Below are positions 12,580 through 26,698 of a stretch of 64,000 nucleotides of DNA, piece after piece. The notes below the pieces were generated by a model. It saw nothing but the letters and a program-made list of their open reading frames with translations, made no database searches and was not told where the DNA came from. This stretch comes from Eledone cirrhosa (Eukaryota), in the NCBI GenBank assembly GCA_964016885.1, contig OZ024743.1, positions 275,838,001 through 275,902,000 on the forward strand, given 5' to 3'. A program made the position numbers and the translations under genes. How positions within the stretch are numbered: the stretch's first letter is position 1; the number at the start of each line of letters is the position of its first letter.

Positions 12580-12847
12580 TGTATGTTTAAAATAGAACAG
12601 TAATTAAAACATTCAAACATTAACTGAATAACCACTCAATGATTGTGGGTAGAGTGTAAACATTTTATTTTCCAAGTAGAAGAGTGGCAGTGACTTCAAA
12701 GTTTTCAGCATGGTTGCTTCACCTGGCTGTATTATGTGGGTAAATCAGGCTTCTTTAAATGGATCTATGTAGATTTGGATAATAGTGGGTACTACCCAAA
12801 CCTATATAAACCAATTTATAGAAGTCTGATTCCACCACATGATGCAG

Positions 12848-12915
<68 letters not shown>

Positions 12916-13392
12916 GTAATCAGTGAGTATAGATTGTGTGTTACTTAATTTGTGGCAGGATTTTTATTTGGATGCCCTTCCTATCATCAGCCACTTTACA
13001 GCATGGACTGGATTGCCCTTTCACTCTGTATCAGCTTTTATTCAGAGCATCTGTTCTCCTAGACAGGTTGCCTTCTCTACAGCTTAGTAATATATTGATT
13101 ATATAACTTGACGGGATAGAGAGGTGGGGGTGGAGTGAACAAGAACAAATATTTCTCCCAACAGAAATTAAGTTTATTAATTATTTTTTGTTTATGTTGA
13201 ATTTTAATAAAGAATTTTTGCAGTCAAAAAACAAATTCTCTTTGCTTTGAGCCACATCCTATCAATGTATTGTTATTTATTTGGTAATATGTGGTGCTTC
13301 AGGAAAGGAGGGTGGGTGGGCTACAGAGGAGATGAGGGGCAATATTTTAACAGCACACTCCAACGGTACTGCAGTTAACAGTCACAAACTAG

Positions 13393-13865
<473 letters not shown>

Positions 13866-13934
13866 ATAGATATACATGTATGTGTGTGTGTGTGTGTCTG
13901 TGTGTGTGCGTGTGTCCATCTCCCACTCTCTCCC

Positions 13935-14225
13935 TTTCTGCTATGATATTTATTAGAAATATAATAACTCTCTTCTATTATGATGTTTGTTACAAATGTA
14001 ATCTCTCTCGCTCTCTCTCTCTCCCCCCTATGATATATGTTAGAAATGCAATGACTCTCTCTCTCTCTCCCTCCTATGATGTTTGTTAGAAATGCAATGA
14101 CTCTCTTTCTCTCTCTCAATGCTATGATCTTTGTTAAAAATGCAGTCCCCCCTCTCTATCCTATGATATGTGTTAGAAATGCAATGACTCTCTCTCTCTC
14201 TCAGTGTTAGAAATGCAATGACTCA
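13935..14225. repeat. Degenerate minisatellite of about 45 bp (TATGATnTnTGTTAGAAATGCAATGA + (CT)n)
   Basis: About 7 recurrences of GTTAGAAATGCAATGACTCTC-like text. Confidence 0.8.
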
Positions 14226-14412
14226 TGGCTAGTTAGTTCAGTGCCACTTCTACAAGTAGTCATCAACATAGGCTCACTCACTCACTCACATACACTGCTT
14301 TAAACAACACAAGAAAGCAAGACTCTTCACAGTCAATAATAGATATACATATATACAAACACACATTGGCTATTCACACACACACACGTGTGTATGCATG
14401 TATATGTATATA

Positions 14413-14474
<62 letters not shown>

Positions 14475-15796
14475 GAGCGGCAGAGAGAGTGAGAGCAGGT
14501 TTTAGCTCTTACTCTTGTGCTTTCTGTAGACTGGGGTGTTAAGAGGAAGAAAGAGAGAGAGAGATTAGGAAGCAGAAGAGAGTGAATAATAAGAAAAAGC
14601 AGTGGTGTTGCCTAAATAAAAAAAAAATATTAGGGAGGTGGTGGTGGTGGTGGCTGATAAATCAAATAAGACAATCCTTCTACTCATTCCCACCAACCCA
14701 ACCATTAACCATACATAGTATCTGGTTACAGATAAGTATAGTGTCCCAACACCCCTCAAATAATAATAGTAATAATAATGATAATAATAACAACAACAAC
14801 AACAACAACAACAACCACAACAATAAAAAAAAAAGAGACAAATAAAAGACACCTATCAGATGTTGGAAATGTCATATGAAACATAATTTATGTTTCTAAC
14901 AACAGTAGCAAGGAATAACAACAACAATGCTGGGAGAAAGAAACTTATTGATAAGAAGGTTTTCAATCAAAAATCTAGCCAGATATTTTCTATTCAATAT
15001 TGACTTTATCTGCTTTCTGGCTGTTTGGCTAACACTATATACAATGACTTCTTGAAATTATTCTCTCTTATAATGCAGTAGTTATACATACAGCAAGGTA
15101 CAAACCCCTTAACTATGAAATGATCAAAGATGAGGGAAAAATTAACACGCCTGCCTGTAATGTTTGATATCAAATAATAATACTACTTATCTTCCCAAAA
15201 TGAAGCCCCAAAAGTAAAAAAAAATACATGTATATTAATATGGAATATTCTAGCATGTTGTTTTGACTAGTGGTTGTTTCGTCTCAAAGAAAGAACCATA
15301 GTGAATAAATATTCTAATTTATAAAGGGATGAATAAATTTTTTCTTCTTATTGAATACAAAATGAATAATGAGGATAATACTCAATAATAACATAGCCAA
15401 TAGGAGAATTAAATGGAGAGGATAAGAAGAAGAAAATAATGTTTAGGTGTATATAAAGTATTTTGACATCCATGATAAGAGAGTGCTGCAATGATTGTAA
15501 GAAGGTATTAGGATTACAAGTAACATCTTTGTCCTCACAGATAAACATACTACCTCATGTTGAGTGAATGTACCACCCCCACCCAACAACTCGGTTTTCC
15601 TACACACATTTAAGATTAATGGTTAGTAGTGAATATAGATTGAAAGTTAGGCTAGATAAAGTTAGGCTGGTTAGGTTGCAAGACATTATATACCTCTGGT
15701 AAGATAACTGTTAGTGAGAGAATTTCTAAGCCCTTTTGATACCAAACTGCATGAAATCAACCCTTGTTCTACAATGTATAAAACTGCTTATCGTAA

Positions 15797-16015
15797 CCCT
15801 TTAACATTTACATTACTCTATATATACTAATGTATTTTCGTGGTAAAGGCTTTACCTCACATAATTATCTCATAATATTGAATTTATGAGATTTTGATGT
15901 TATTTATTTTGAGAACAATACTTTAACATCAGTATGAGTGGTCGGTTAAAGCCGGTTTGAACAGAAAGATATAAAAGAATTCTGGCCGGATACAGCCAAT
16001 TTAAATACTAAAGGG
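15797..16015. mobile_element. piggyBac-like MITE family 1
   Basis: Same internal sequence as 6749-6968; ends AAAGGG|TTAA. Confidence 0.8.
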
Positions 16016-16056
16016 TTAAAGTCGTCGTCGTCGTCGTCGCCGCCGCCGCCACCACC

Positions 16057-16103
<47 letters not shown>

Positions 16104-17005
16104 TTAGCATCTGTTTTCCCTGCTAGCAAAATGTTGTCACAGACCAGTCAAAAGGAGTAATTGACCTTCAGGTGCGTCAGGGGTCCAACATATGATCCTG
16201 CACTCTACCAAAAACATTTTATCATGATACCAACACTAGAGAAGTTGGCATGTCCTTGACACAGCCAACTTATGAACTGAACATATAAGTGGCTGAGCAT
16301 TCCATAAACACGTGTACCTTTAATGTTATTCTCAGGGAGATTCAGCATGACACTGTATAAGAAAACTGGTCTTTTTGAATTTCCAAAGTTTCTGTTTGTC
16401 CAATTTCACTCACAAGGCTTGCCTAAACCCACTAAATGACACTTTCCCAAAATGCCACACAATGGGATTGAACCCAGGATCTAATAAGTGTCAAACAAAT
16501 TTCTTAACCCTTCAGCCATGTTGCATTCAATGTAAATATTAGATGCATGAACATGCTGTAAAATCTGCAGTTATTGCAGTGTCTGGCAACAGGAGTAGTT
16601 TAGATCTGAAGGCCATTGACTTCTTAGATGACATGTGGATAGATAGCTAGCTAGCCAGACTAAGTTAAGTTCTGCTTCCTGTGACATATAATTAGCGGTG
16701 GTTCCAATGGAAGCCATAAACTGTGTGCTAATGAGGTGAAAGAAGTTCAGAAAATAGTTGTCTCTGTAGTCAATAAGGTTCTCTATGTATGAAAATCAAA
16801 TTATATGGGGTGTGTCAGCAGAAATATGATGCTGTACAACACAGAGTAGAACTGGTAGTAAATGCAAGAGATGTAGAGCAGTGTATCCCAAAGTAGATTC
16901 TGCAAAAAAAAGGAAATCTAAAAATAAAATGCACCTGGTACATTCTGTAAGGTGGGTGGCATTGGAAAGGGCATTCAGCTGTATAAACCATGCCATATAT
17001 ATATA

Positions 17006-17085
17006 CAGGGTATCACCCAAAAAATATATACACATATTTATTAGAATGCTGTTGAAGTGGGTATACATTTTGGGGGGGCACTTTG
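17006..17085. mobile_element. Tc1/mariner-like mini-MITE of about 80 bp (also 50659-50727 and 63451-63528)
   Basis: TA|CAGGG.GTCC.AAAAA.TGTATACAC-like TIRs around a shared ATTAGAATGCTGTTGAA centre in three copies. Confidence 0.7.
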
Positions 17086-17361
17086 TGTGTGTGTGTGTGT
17101 TTATTTGTAAAGTGGTCGTATAGGTGCCACAACAAAAAACACCCAGTCCACACTGTGAATTGGTTGTGAAGGAGACAGTAAAAAGGCTCCCAGTCCACAC
17201 TGTAAATGTGGTTGGCATTGGGAAGGGCATCCAGCCATAGAAAAATAGCCAGAATCAGTTCTATATGAGCGAAGTCACCCGACCAACTTTGCTTCAAATG
17301 GGACAAACCCGTCTAACTCATGCTAGCATGGAAGATGGACGTTAAACGATGATGTTGATGT

Positions 17362-17640
17362 CAATGAGTGTTCCAGTTGATACAATCAACATAACAGCCT
17401 GCTTGTGAAATTAACATACAAGTTGTTGAGTATTCCAAGGACATGCATACCCTTAACATAGTTCTCAAGAAGATTCAACATGACACAGAATGTGGCAAGG
17501 CTAGTCTTCAAATTATAGGTACAACTCATTTTAGCCAGCTGAGAGTATTAGAGCAATATAAAATAAAGTGTCTTGCTCAAGGACACAACATGCTATCAGG
17601 AATTGAACTCAGGACCTTGCGATTGTGAATACCCTAACCA
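17362..17640 (-). mobile_element. SINE family E (copies about 16285-16380, 31420-31680, 39131-39447)
   Basis: Same head and core as family B but a different 3' half (CAGCCACTTG.ACGTTAATTTCACGAGCAGGCTGTT). Confidence 0.7.
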
Positions 17641-18619
17641 TTCCAATCAACCCCTATTAACATTAGAAAATGGATGAACAACTGAACAGAGACAACATAG
17701 TGCAGAGAGAACTCTTTAATTTTGCGAAAACCTGGCAACCTCTTTAGTGCTGTCTGTTACCATGATAAAATACACCCAGTATGCTTTGTAAAGTGGTTGG
17801 TGTTTTGAAGGGTATCCACCCCATTGAGACTATGCCAAGAATGGGAATGTATGAGCAAAATGTTGTTGTCCATTCTGTTTAGAATGGAAGTAATTTCAAA
17901 TAAACGTTATCTCAGACTGCAATGACCCGTCCAAGTCATACCAGAATGGAAAGTGGACATATGGTGGTAGTGATGGTGGTGGTGGTGGTGATGATGATGA
18001 TGATGATGATATAAGAAACAAATAATTAAGAGGAGGATGAGGTCATCATAGTCATCATTTAACTTCTGTTTGTTTTTTTCCATGCTGGCATGGGTTGGAG
18101 TTGGATAAGTTGTCATAGATCAAGTCAGTACTTAATCAGGTTCTCCCAGATGGACTGAGAGCTCACATTTCACTTATTTTGGTATGGTTTCCACAGCTGA
18201 ATATCTTTCTTTTCATCACCAAACACTCAACAGAGTTTACTGGATGCATTTTATAATGGCAAAAATGAAATATGAAATACATGATCACAGATTTCATAAT
18301 TAAAAATTTAACGTCGGAGAAGTAACAATGTAATTAATTATTTAATCTCTAAATGGTAAATGTTACAATGCCCTTCTTAATTAATTAATAACTACATAAT
18401 TACAGAAGAGGTGAGATAGTTCTAGCCTCCTTCTCTAACCGAAAAGATAAGGAAGAAATACAAAAGAAGAGACAAAACAAAAGCCAAGCTCTTTTTGTAC
18501 AGTTTTACTACTAGTTAGTTCTAGCCCAGCCTATGGGATATGGCCATGCTGGGACACTACCACAACTGAGCAATTCCAGAAACAAAACCAAAAACGTGGT
18601 GTGTGTGCATGTGTGTGTG

Positions 18620-18893
18620 GGAGGTGTGTGCTGAAAGGTTCATATGCTGACTATGAAGGAGTGATGCAAGTGCTGTGAAATCTTGTATGCATTAATTTCA
18701 ACTCTTCTTATTAATAACTGTATTGGTTCTTTCCAGGGACTACGTTGAAAAATAAACCTCATTTGGTCATTCCATGAGAAAAGCTTGGTTAATCTATGAC
18801 GGAATGATGCTAGAGCTGTGAAGTCTTGCATGCATTAATTTCAACTCTATGAGAGTATTTTGGTTAGCCTATGAACATTTTGGTCAGCCCTCG
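18620..18893. mobile_element. Non-autonomous mariner-like element
   Basis: GCTGAAAGGTTCATA ... TATGAACATTTTGGTCAGCCCTCG|TA; homologous to 27545-27911. Confidence 0.6.
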
Positions 18894-19692
18894 TAAGTAA
18901 TTACAGAAAGAGACAAAATGAAACCAAGCTCTCTATTTTTTTTAAAATCTTTTTTACTAATCAATGGGGTGTAGCTATGCTGGAGCATTGTCATTACAAA
19001 ACTCTCCCAGAAACTAACAAAACATTAAAAAATTAAAAAGAATTTAAATTAGTGTGGGTTGTAAGGGTATTGGGTCAGTTTTCACTTTTACATTTTCTCG
19101 CTATACATACAAGGAAAAGAAACCCTACATTGTCATGTAAAAGTTAGCAAGTGCTTCAGGGCTCATTTAATTTTGACTAAAGTGAATGCAAGATGATTCA
19201 ATTGATAAAATTCATTTCTAGAATATTGCAATGGGGCACTATGGGGTGGAGTGGAGGCTTTTTATTCTTTATTTTATTTTATTTACCTTTTTTTTAAAGG
19301 TTGGCTGAAAGAAGCAAATGTTATAAGGAGTTTCTGTTCTGTTCTCTTGTGATTATTATTATTATTCACAACTTTAGCAACAAGAACAAGAAGAAAATAC
19401 AACAACAACAAAAAAAACAAAACAAAGGAATTTTACAAGCACCTCTTTAGAAAACCCAAGTTATGCCTTAAAAGGTGGCAGTTTTCAATAAAGAGATGTC
19501 TTATATAGAAAAAGGGGAAAAAGTAGATACAGAAGGGGAGAGAAAAGAGTGTGTGTGTGTGTGTGGATGTAGGTGTGCGTGGGTGTGTATGTGTGAAGTA
19601 AGAATGGAATAAACCTATAGTTCTTAGAGTCCTTAGGACATTAGAAATTACATAATGTGAAATGTAAAATATTTTACAAAAAAGTTACTGGA

Positions 19693-19760
<68 letters not shown>

Positions 19761-19885
19761 GGGGGAAATAGATTTCAAAGTCGTTTGTAGAAAGTGAAAA
19801 TATATGTTTGAGATGCATTGCAAGCAAAGTGAATATTCAAGGAGTGCCTAGTCTTAAGAGTTTATAATAATAAAACAATGATATA

Positions 19886-19961
19886 TATCATCATCATCAT
19901 CATCATTTTACGTCCGCTTTTCCCTGCTTGCAAGGGAGGGACGGGAACTGATTCTGGCTTA
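19886..19961 (-). mobile_element. Family B SINE 3' tail fragment
   Basis: (CAT)n TTTACGTCCGCTTTTCCCTGCTTGCAAGGG...CTGATTCTGGCTT. Confidence 0.75.
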
Positions 19962-19997
19962 TATATATGTCTGAGTGAGAGAGAAAGAGAGAGTTAA

Positions 19998-20625
19998 CCC
20001 TTTTGTAACTATATTTCTAATAAAATACTCAATATAATTTTATTCATACAACATAACAGTCATGGCTACTTCCAAATTGATTTTTTTTTCTATTTTGATT
20101 ATAGTGCTGCTGTAGCCTACCATGAATGGGTTACCCATTTATTTTTAGTTTAATCAGGGAGAGAAGGGCAGTGTCCATGACCCTTTCCAGAGTCTCCAAA
20201 AGACAAGGAGGAAGGGAGGAAATTATCCTCAAACCAGTGTTCCAGCCTGAATGCTTACTAGAGTGGTGGACTCCACAAAACCACTCAAAGTTAACCTATT
20301 CATTACCATATTTTTATTGAAATAAACTGGCTATGATTTTCAAATTTATAAAATGATCTAAAATTTGAAAGGATTTAATAATATAATTAACTTTCTCATT
20401 ATTAAGCTGATATTTAGAACAAAGATTTTTACATAAAATAATTGTTTCTACTTTTGGCACAAGGCCATCAATTATCCCAGTGTATTACTGGTACTTTATT
20501 TTATCGACCCGTAAGGATGAAAGGCAAAGTTAACCTCAGCGGGATTTGAACTCAGAAAATAATGGAAGACTTTTAGACAAATTAAAACAAACTGTAGAAC
20601 CAGAGGTGGTTTGGTAATGAAAGGG
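19998..20625. mobile_element. TTAA-flanked MITE family 2 with nested insertions (copies about 24180-24890, 31990-32252, 33488-33703, 58892-59368)
   Basis: TTAA|CCCTTT termini. One end ATTAGAAATATGGTAA.GAAAGGG|TTAA, the other CCCTTTTGATACCAA...TGGTTCTATGATACAAA. Confidence 0.6.
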
Positions 20626-21271
20626 TTAAGCAGTTTGTTTTATAGCTATGTGGTACTGGATTCAATCATACAATGCTGCGTCTTTACAAAATTGTTTGTT
20701 TATCTAAAAACCTTCCCTCAAAATTATTATGTCATGTTCCAGATACCAGTTTAATAATTCCTTTTAATATAGGCACAAGGTGAGCAATTTGGAGAAAGTG
20801 GAAAGTTGATATTAACTCCAGTACTTAACTGGTATTTTATTATTGACTCTAAAATGATGAAAAATAAAAGTTCACCTTGACAGGATTCAATCTCAGAAAG
20901 TAAAGAGCCAAATAAATACTGCTAAGCATCTGTTCAACGCTTTCACCACTTTGCCATTCCACTACTATGCACCAGTTTAATAAAGAGATATTCAGTTATA
21001 ATACTAAATCCCTCCACATTCTTGATTTTATTTCTTTTAAAAAACCTAATTGAAAATCATAGGCAGTGTCTTTTATTAGAAATATGGTAATGATAGAGTT
21101 AAGAACCAATTGATAACAAATGAGATAGAAACTGCACTGCTGCGTAGCAGGGAATTGGTAGCAGACATTACAATGACAACAACAGTATGTTATATGAAAT
21201 TGAAGAAGCCAGTTGATTTACTTTCGTAATTTATTGATTGGATTGGACATCATATGAAAACTGACACTTAC

Positions 21272-21362
21272 CATTGCACTTGAGGGAAATCTGGACCATA
21301 AATAGGGTGCGGAAACTGACCAGGAGGAGCTGGGTAACCATACATGGGAGGTCGTGGCAACC
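21272..21362 (-). CDS. TCF7L2: TCF/LEF internal coding exon B, 91 nt, phase 1 to 2: (G)LPRPPMYGYPAPPGQFPHPIYGPDFPQVQ(W)
   Basis: Acceptor ttccttttttgatttcag|GG and perfect donor CAATG|gtaagt. Not in the ORF track. Completes DPKTG-LPRP (vertebrate DPKTGIPRP...GQIPHPLGW), and its phases fit both neighbours. Confidence 0.9.
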
Positions 21363-23269
21363 CTGAAATCAAAAAAGGAAATAAATAATTTTTGGAAGAA
21401 ATAGTAAAAAAATAAAAATCATTTAATAATTCTAAAAATGTGAGTATTTACATGGATTACATGATCAAATATTATCGAGTAAAAAAAAATTCCATGTGAT
21501 TATTCAGTCAACTGAAATCAATGGTTTGGCAGAATTGTTGGAACATTGGATAAAATGTCTTGTATTTGTTCTGGTTCTTTTAAGTTTCAAGTTCAAATCC
21601 TATCGAGGTCAACTTTGTCTTCCATCCTTATAGGGGCTGATAAAATAAGAAATAGATTCCACACAGAAGGAAGCAAATTAGTCTTCTATCCTTTGAAATA
21701 AAATAAAATATAGTTCCAGTCATATACTGGAGTCAATTTTATCCACAAATCCCCTGTTACAGGTTTGAGAAGAATGGCAATATCCTGAAAGATTGAAATG
21801 ATGATGATGATGATGATGGTGATGCTGATGATGATGATCCAAAATATGAAGAGAGGGGAATAAGGTAAAACAATTTCCAAATCTAATGACTGTGGGTTGG
21901 TTAATTTTGTTTTCTTTTTATCAGTTAGTCTTTTAAGTCTTTAAGATAAAATATTACAGCCATCCATTGCTCAAGACTTTAACCCAATCTAATCCTGTCA
22001 TTGATTGTTTTTCACTAAGAAGTCTTGTAATGGACAGTGGTGGTGGTGGTGGTGGTGGTGGTGGTGTTGGTGGTGCATAGGTGAGTTTGTACAGCCATTA
22101 TAACACAAGGATTGTCTCCATCTGAAACTTAAATGTCAGCAACACACAAATAATAGGTTAATTTAAAGCATCTTTACATCTCAGCTACAACAGGCAGAGA
22201 CTGAGACAAGAGGAGAGATACAAGAGAGGAGAGACAGAGATAGAGGCAAGAGATGAGGGAAAAGAGATAAGCAGGGAGAAAGAAATATGAGAGGAGTTAG
22301 AAGGGGGGAGTGAAAGTGAAAGTAGAACAGGCCAGTAGTATTTAAACAATCCTGCGACACTAATGGAGAATTACATCAATGTAATCTGGTTGCACTGGAC
22401 ATTATCCTTGACCTCCTCCTCCTCTTCTTGTTGTTTGTTTGTTGTTCAACAACACTGACAAGACTTTTCTTTCTAACAGTACAGTAAAACCTATATAATA
22501 TCTAAAACGTGTGAGAGAAGTGTCCTTATATTGCCGAACTAGGTCTCTAATGATATTGGTGGTTAGGTTGCCAGCTTCCACCACTACTAACAACAACAAC
22601 ACTGCTGCAGTCGCCACCATAAAATCAGGAAATGATCAACTCCTACTGGGATTTTATTATCAGCAATGAGACAGATAATATGTTAACTAGTTAAAGACAT
22701 TAAGTTAAGATGGACAATGGGAGAAGGGGAGGTGAGGGAGAAATAGAAAGACACAACATAACGGGAAGAAGGGAAACAAAAAGAGTAAGAGAGAATATTG
22801 CTCTAAATCTATATGACACAAAAGGAAAATAGAAAAATCTGGCATAAAACATTCACGAAGGATAACAAGACATTTAATTTTGTACAAACAAAAAAATAAT
22901 AAGCAGGGAGTTGTACTTGTTTGGCAACTAACTTGATTTGAGACAGTGTGTTGAAACTGAAGAAGATACATCATGGAAGAGTCATTTTAGACAATTAAAA
23001 CACACAATCATCATCGCCATTATGTTGGCTTTCTCATGCTAGCATGGGTTGGATGAGACTCTTTGAGGTAATGCTTTACATCCAGATGCCTTGCTGACAT
23101 TTTTAGTCACTTCTTGTGATATTCAGGGATATGATGTACCTATTCTAAACCAGATACACAAACTATTATATTCACATTTTCATTACACCTCTACAACTTG
23201 GTCACTTATACAAATCCACTGCATCTGTAGAAATTTAGTTATTGATGAGTTTTTATAGGACCTGGGATG

Positions 23270-23620
23270 ATTTTCTAAATTTTGCACCTTTTCTTTTTGT
23301 TGAAAAAAGGTTTCTCCCTACATACAAAAGGACAACTGTGTGACGCCTGAGTGGGAAGTGCAATGTTGCATGGCAGTGAAACATGGGCTGTGATTGCAGA
23401 GAACATACGTAGACCAGAGAAAAATGAAGCAACCATTGGATGTGCAATGTTGGAAGTGTGAGAGAAAGGCAGAGCTTGGACGATTTGAGGGAGAAGCTGG
23501 GTTTAAGAGGAATATGAGGTGGTGTGTAGGAGAGAAGACTACATTGGTATGGACATGTGATGCACATGGACAATGATTGTTGGGTCAGGAAATGCCATTG
23601 GAAGGAAGTCACAGTAGTTG
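23270..23620 (+). mobile_element. Older decayed relative of the RTE LINE at 49655-50565
   Basis: KGFSLHTKGQLCDA*VGSAMLHGSETWAV aligns by eye to KGFSLRTKGRLYDACVRSAVLHGSETWAA. Confidence 0.8.
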
Positions 23621-23674
23621 AGAACAACAAAAACAAAAGATCATTGACAGGTTTTGATATTAAACTGGACAACA

Positions 23675-24082
23675 AATATATATATCTAAAACAGAAAATG
23701 CCTGTCTGTCTGACTCCCTAAAACTCGAGAACCACCCAACTGATTTTTTTCAAACTTTACACATGTAATACTTATGGTCCTGTGAGTGCTTTGAGCAAAA
23801 AAAAAATCGTTTTCCTGTTTTCCTTCGGTTGCAACGTTTTTCGAAATATTTACTTCTGCGTTCACAGATTGATTTTTTAGTTTCAGAAGATCCAGTTAGG
23901 GGTGAAAGCAGCAATTCTTTGCTTAAATTTTAATCTGTTATTTTAATATATATATAAGCACAAAATGTAGACACCATCCCCAGGTTGAGGTATTCCATAC
24001 TTCTCTGTACTGTTTCAGAAATGAGGGATAAACATGCCAATCTATGTTTAGAATCCGGAGCAATGCCGGCCCATTCTGCTAG
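23675..24082 (+). mobile_element. Non-autonomous Helitron-like element
   Basis: 5' TATATATCTAAAA followed by (CTGT)n. 3' GC hairpin CCGGAGCAATGCCGG (24055-24069) followed 10 nt later by CTAG|T. Confidence 0.7.
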
Positions 24083-25379
24083 TTAAGTCTATAATTCAAG
24101 ATTTACTATCAATATCTGATACAATGAGTAGAATTCAAAATTAATTTCTTTTAGGAGACTGGATAATTAAAAATTTTAAACGTTTTTGATACCAAAAGAC
24201 CTGAAATCATTCCTGGTTCTCTGATATAAATCTGTTTCAAAATGTTTTTATTTATTTAGATATCTTCCATCATTATTTTATGTAAAAATCTTTGATACCA
24301 ACCTGCCCGTGACTGCCCTCATTTTATGATACAAAATTACACATCATCATCGTTTAACGTCTATGGGAATTGTCCCACATGAGGCAAGATTTGGTTGTCT
24401 TGCGGGTTTTCTATGGCTGGATGCCCTTCCTAACACCAACCACGTTTACAGTGTGGACTGGGAGGTTTTTACCGTGTTACCTACACGGCCACATTACAGC
24501 GTGGACTGTGTGTTTTTTTGTCGTGACACCTACACAACCTCATTTATTTAGGACTGGATGTTGTGGTACCAACATAACTACAGATTTTAATATATTCATA
24601 CTTAAAACCTTGCATCATCATTTTATCTAAGAAACTGTTAAGTAATGCACCAAACAACTTGTTAATGTAAAAATTAAAAATTTTATTAAATTCCATCACA
24701 TTTTACCTAAATAAAGTGTATTTTGTTAGAAATATGGTAACGAAAGAGTTAAATAATGCTCCAAAAATTAGTTTGAAAATGAGAACATTTGTTATATTAA
24801 TTACTAGATCCTTCTAAGTTCTCGATTATTTTCAAAATGATTTGAAAATGATTGGCTGTATCTTTCATTAGAAATATGGTAATAAAGGGGTTAAATTCAT
24901 TTGAGGAGGGGGTGGCTCAATGGAATGAACTATAGGGTGGATGTTCTATAAATACAGTGGGTTGTAGTGCAATGTGGCATATATGTGCATGTTAGAGAAG
25001 TTGGAGTTGAAGAACTGCCTCCTTCCTCACACCCAGTAGCAATTACATCAAGTTAAGATGTAAACAGATAGGGGAAAGAGTTGAGTGAGAGATAAATGAC
25101 TGTTTCATAATATGAAGGAATTTGATTTTTATGATAAAACAATAATTTTATAAATTTTAATCCCCCCACTCCAAAAAACAAAAGAAAACAATAACTAACA
25201 ATGGTTTCAAAATAACAAAACTACTACCACCACCAACAGTATTATCAGTATTACAAAAGAAAATTAGAATGGTAAAATTTTATGGTAATTGTTGCTACAA
25301 AAATTAAACCCCCACCCATCTCTAAGACTATAAAATAACATTGTGACCAGATTTCCATGTGAATCATGGAGCTAATTAA

Positions 25380-25615
25380 TTCTTAACATCCTGTACTGAC
25401 TTAGTAAATAAAGATTTTAAAAAAATCTAAAAATGTTTGTAGTATCGTTACTAATGAACAGATTGTGGCAAACATTTTCAGTAAATTAACCCTTTAGCAT
25501 TTAAACCGGCTATATCTAGCTAGAATACTCACACCACAATTCAGTCAAAGTACTGTTTTGTACTTTTTGAGAATGTCTTGCTAATGTGGTTTCATGTGGT
25601 ACAGGACATTAAGAG
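25380..25615. mobile_element. TTAA-flanked MITE family 3 (also about 33040-33246 and 59638-60123)
   Basis: TIR CTCTTAACATCCTG/CAGGA..TTAAGAG with TTAA flanks; shared CCACATGAAACCACATTAGCAAGACAT. Confidence 0.6.
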
Positions 25616-25854
25616 TTAAAGAGGGGTTGAAATGGCTGACTAACAAATTATAAGGAGATAGAACTGGTTAATAGAAATGAATGAGGAAGATGGAGAAGAA
25701 TTTATTAATCTGTTAATTCCATGTGTCTGTGAAAGATATATAACCAGCAAGGGATTGAAGAGAGAGATTGATAGAGAGAGAGAATTTGAGGAAACTATGT
25801 GAGATAGTGGAAAAGAGAGGGGAGAGATAAGAGAAGTAAAAGGAGAAATAAATA

Positions 25855-26020
25855 ATTGTTTCTACTTTTGGCACAAGGCCAGTATTTATTTTATCGACCC
25901 CGTAAGGATTTAAAGGCAAAGTTAACCTTGGCGGGATTTGAACTCAGAATGGCAAGGGCGTAACTCTATGCGTCAGAGCATGGCGTCCGACCCTCTACCG
26001 ATACTGCCAATCCACCTCCC
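25855..26020 (-). mobile_element. SINE family A, near full length
   Basis: Body, B box and head CCCTCTACCGATACTGCCAATCCACC. Confidence 0.8.
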
Positions 26021-26147
26021 AATCCACAAAGGAGAAAGAAATAATAACGGGGAAACAGATTAGGAGTATGAGAGAGGTTGGAAGAGAAATATTAGACAGA
26101 TTAATGTATGTAGACATACAGATAAACCATAAAACACAAAGAGAGAT

Positions 26148-26486
26148 ATCATCATCATCATCATCATTTTACATCCGCTTTTCCCTGCTTGCAAGGGTGG
26201 GACGGGAACTGATTCTGGCTTGATTTCTACAGCTGGATGCCCTTCCTAACACCAACCTCATTTACAGTGAGTGCTGGGTGCTTTTTTTCCGTGGCACCTG
26301 CACGACCACTTTGCAGTGGAATGATAGGGACACCAGACCTATCATTTCATTTCTACAGCTGAGTAAACTGGAGCAATGTGAAATAAAGTGTCTTGCTCAA
26401 GGAAACAACACATTACCCGGTCTGGGAATTGAACTCTCAACCTTTCGATTGCAAGCCCAATGCTCTAACCACTAAGCCATGTGCCT

Positions 26487-26488
<2 letters not shown>
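26148..26488 (-). mobile_element. SINE family B, full length
   Basis: Highly similar reverse complement of 13520-13865. The track ORFs 13532-13729 and 26278-26475 are near-identical for this reason. Confidence 0.85.
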
Positions 26489-26528
<40 letters not shown>

Positions 26529-26634
26529 TAAGGTTTGTTGATACCACCGGATTCATATGGAACCCGGTCATTGAAATGATCATAGTATAATAAACCTTTC
26601 AAGCATTTACACCAGTCCAGCCTCCTGTTACTTC

Positions 26635-26698
<64 letters not shown>

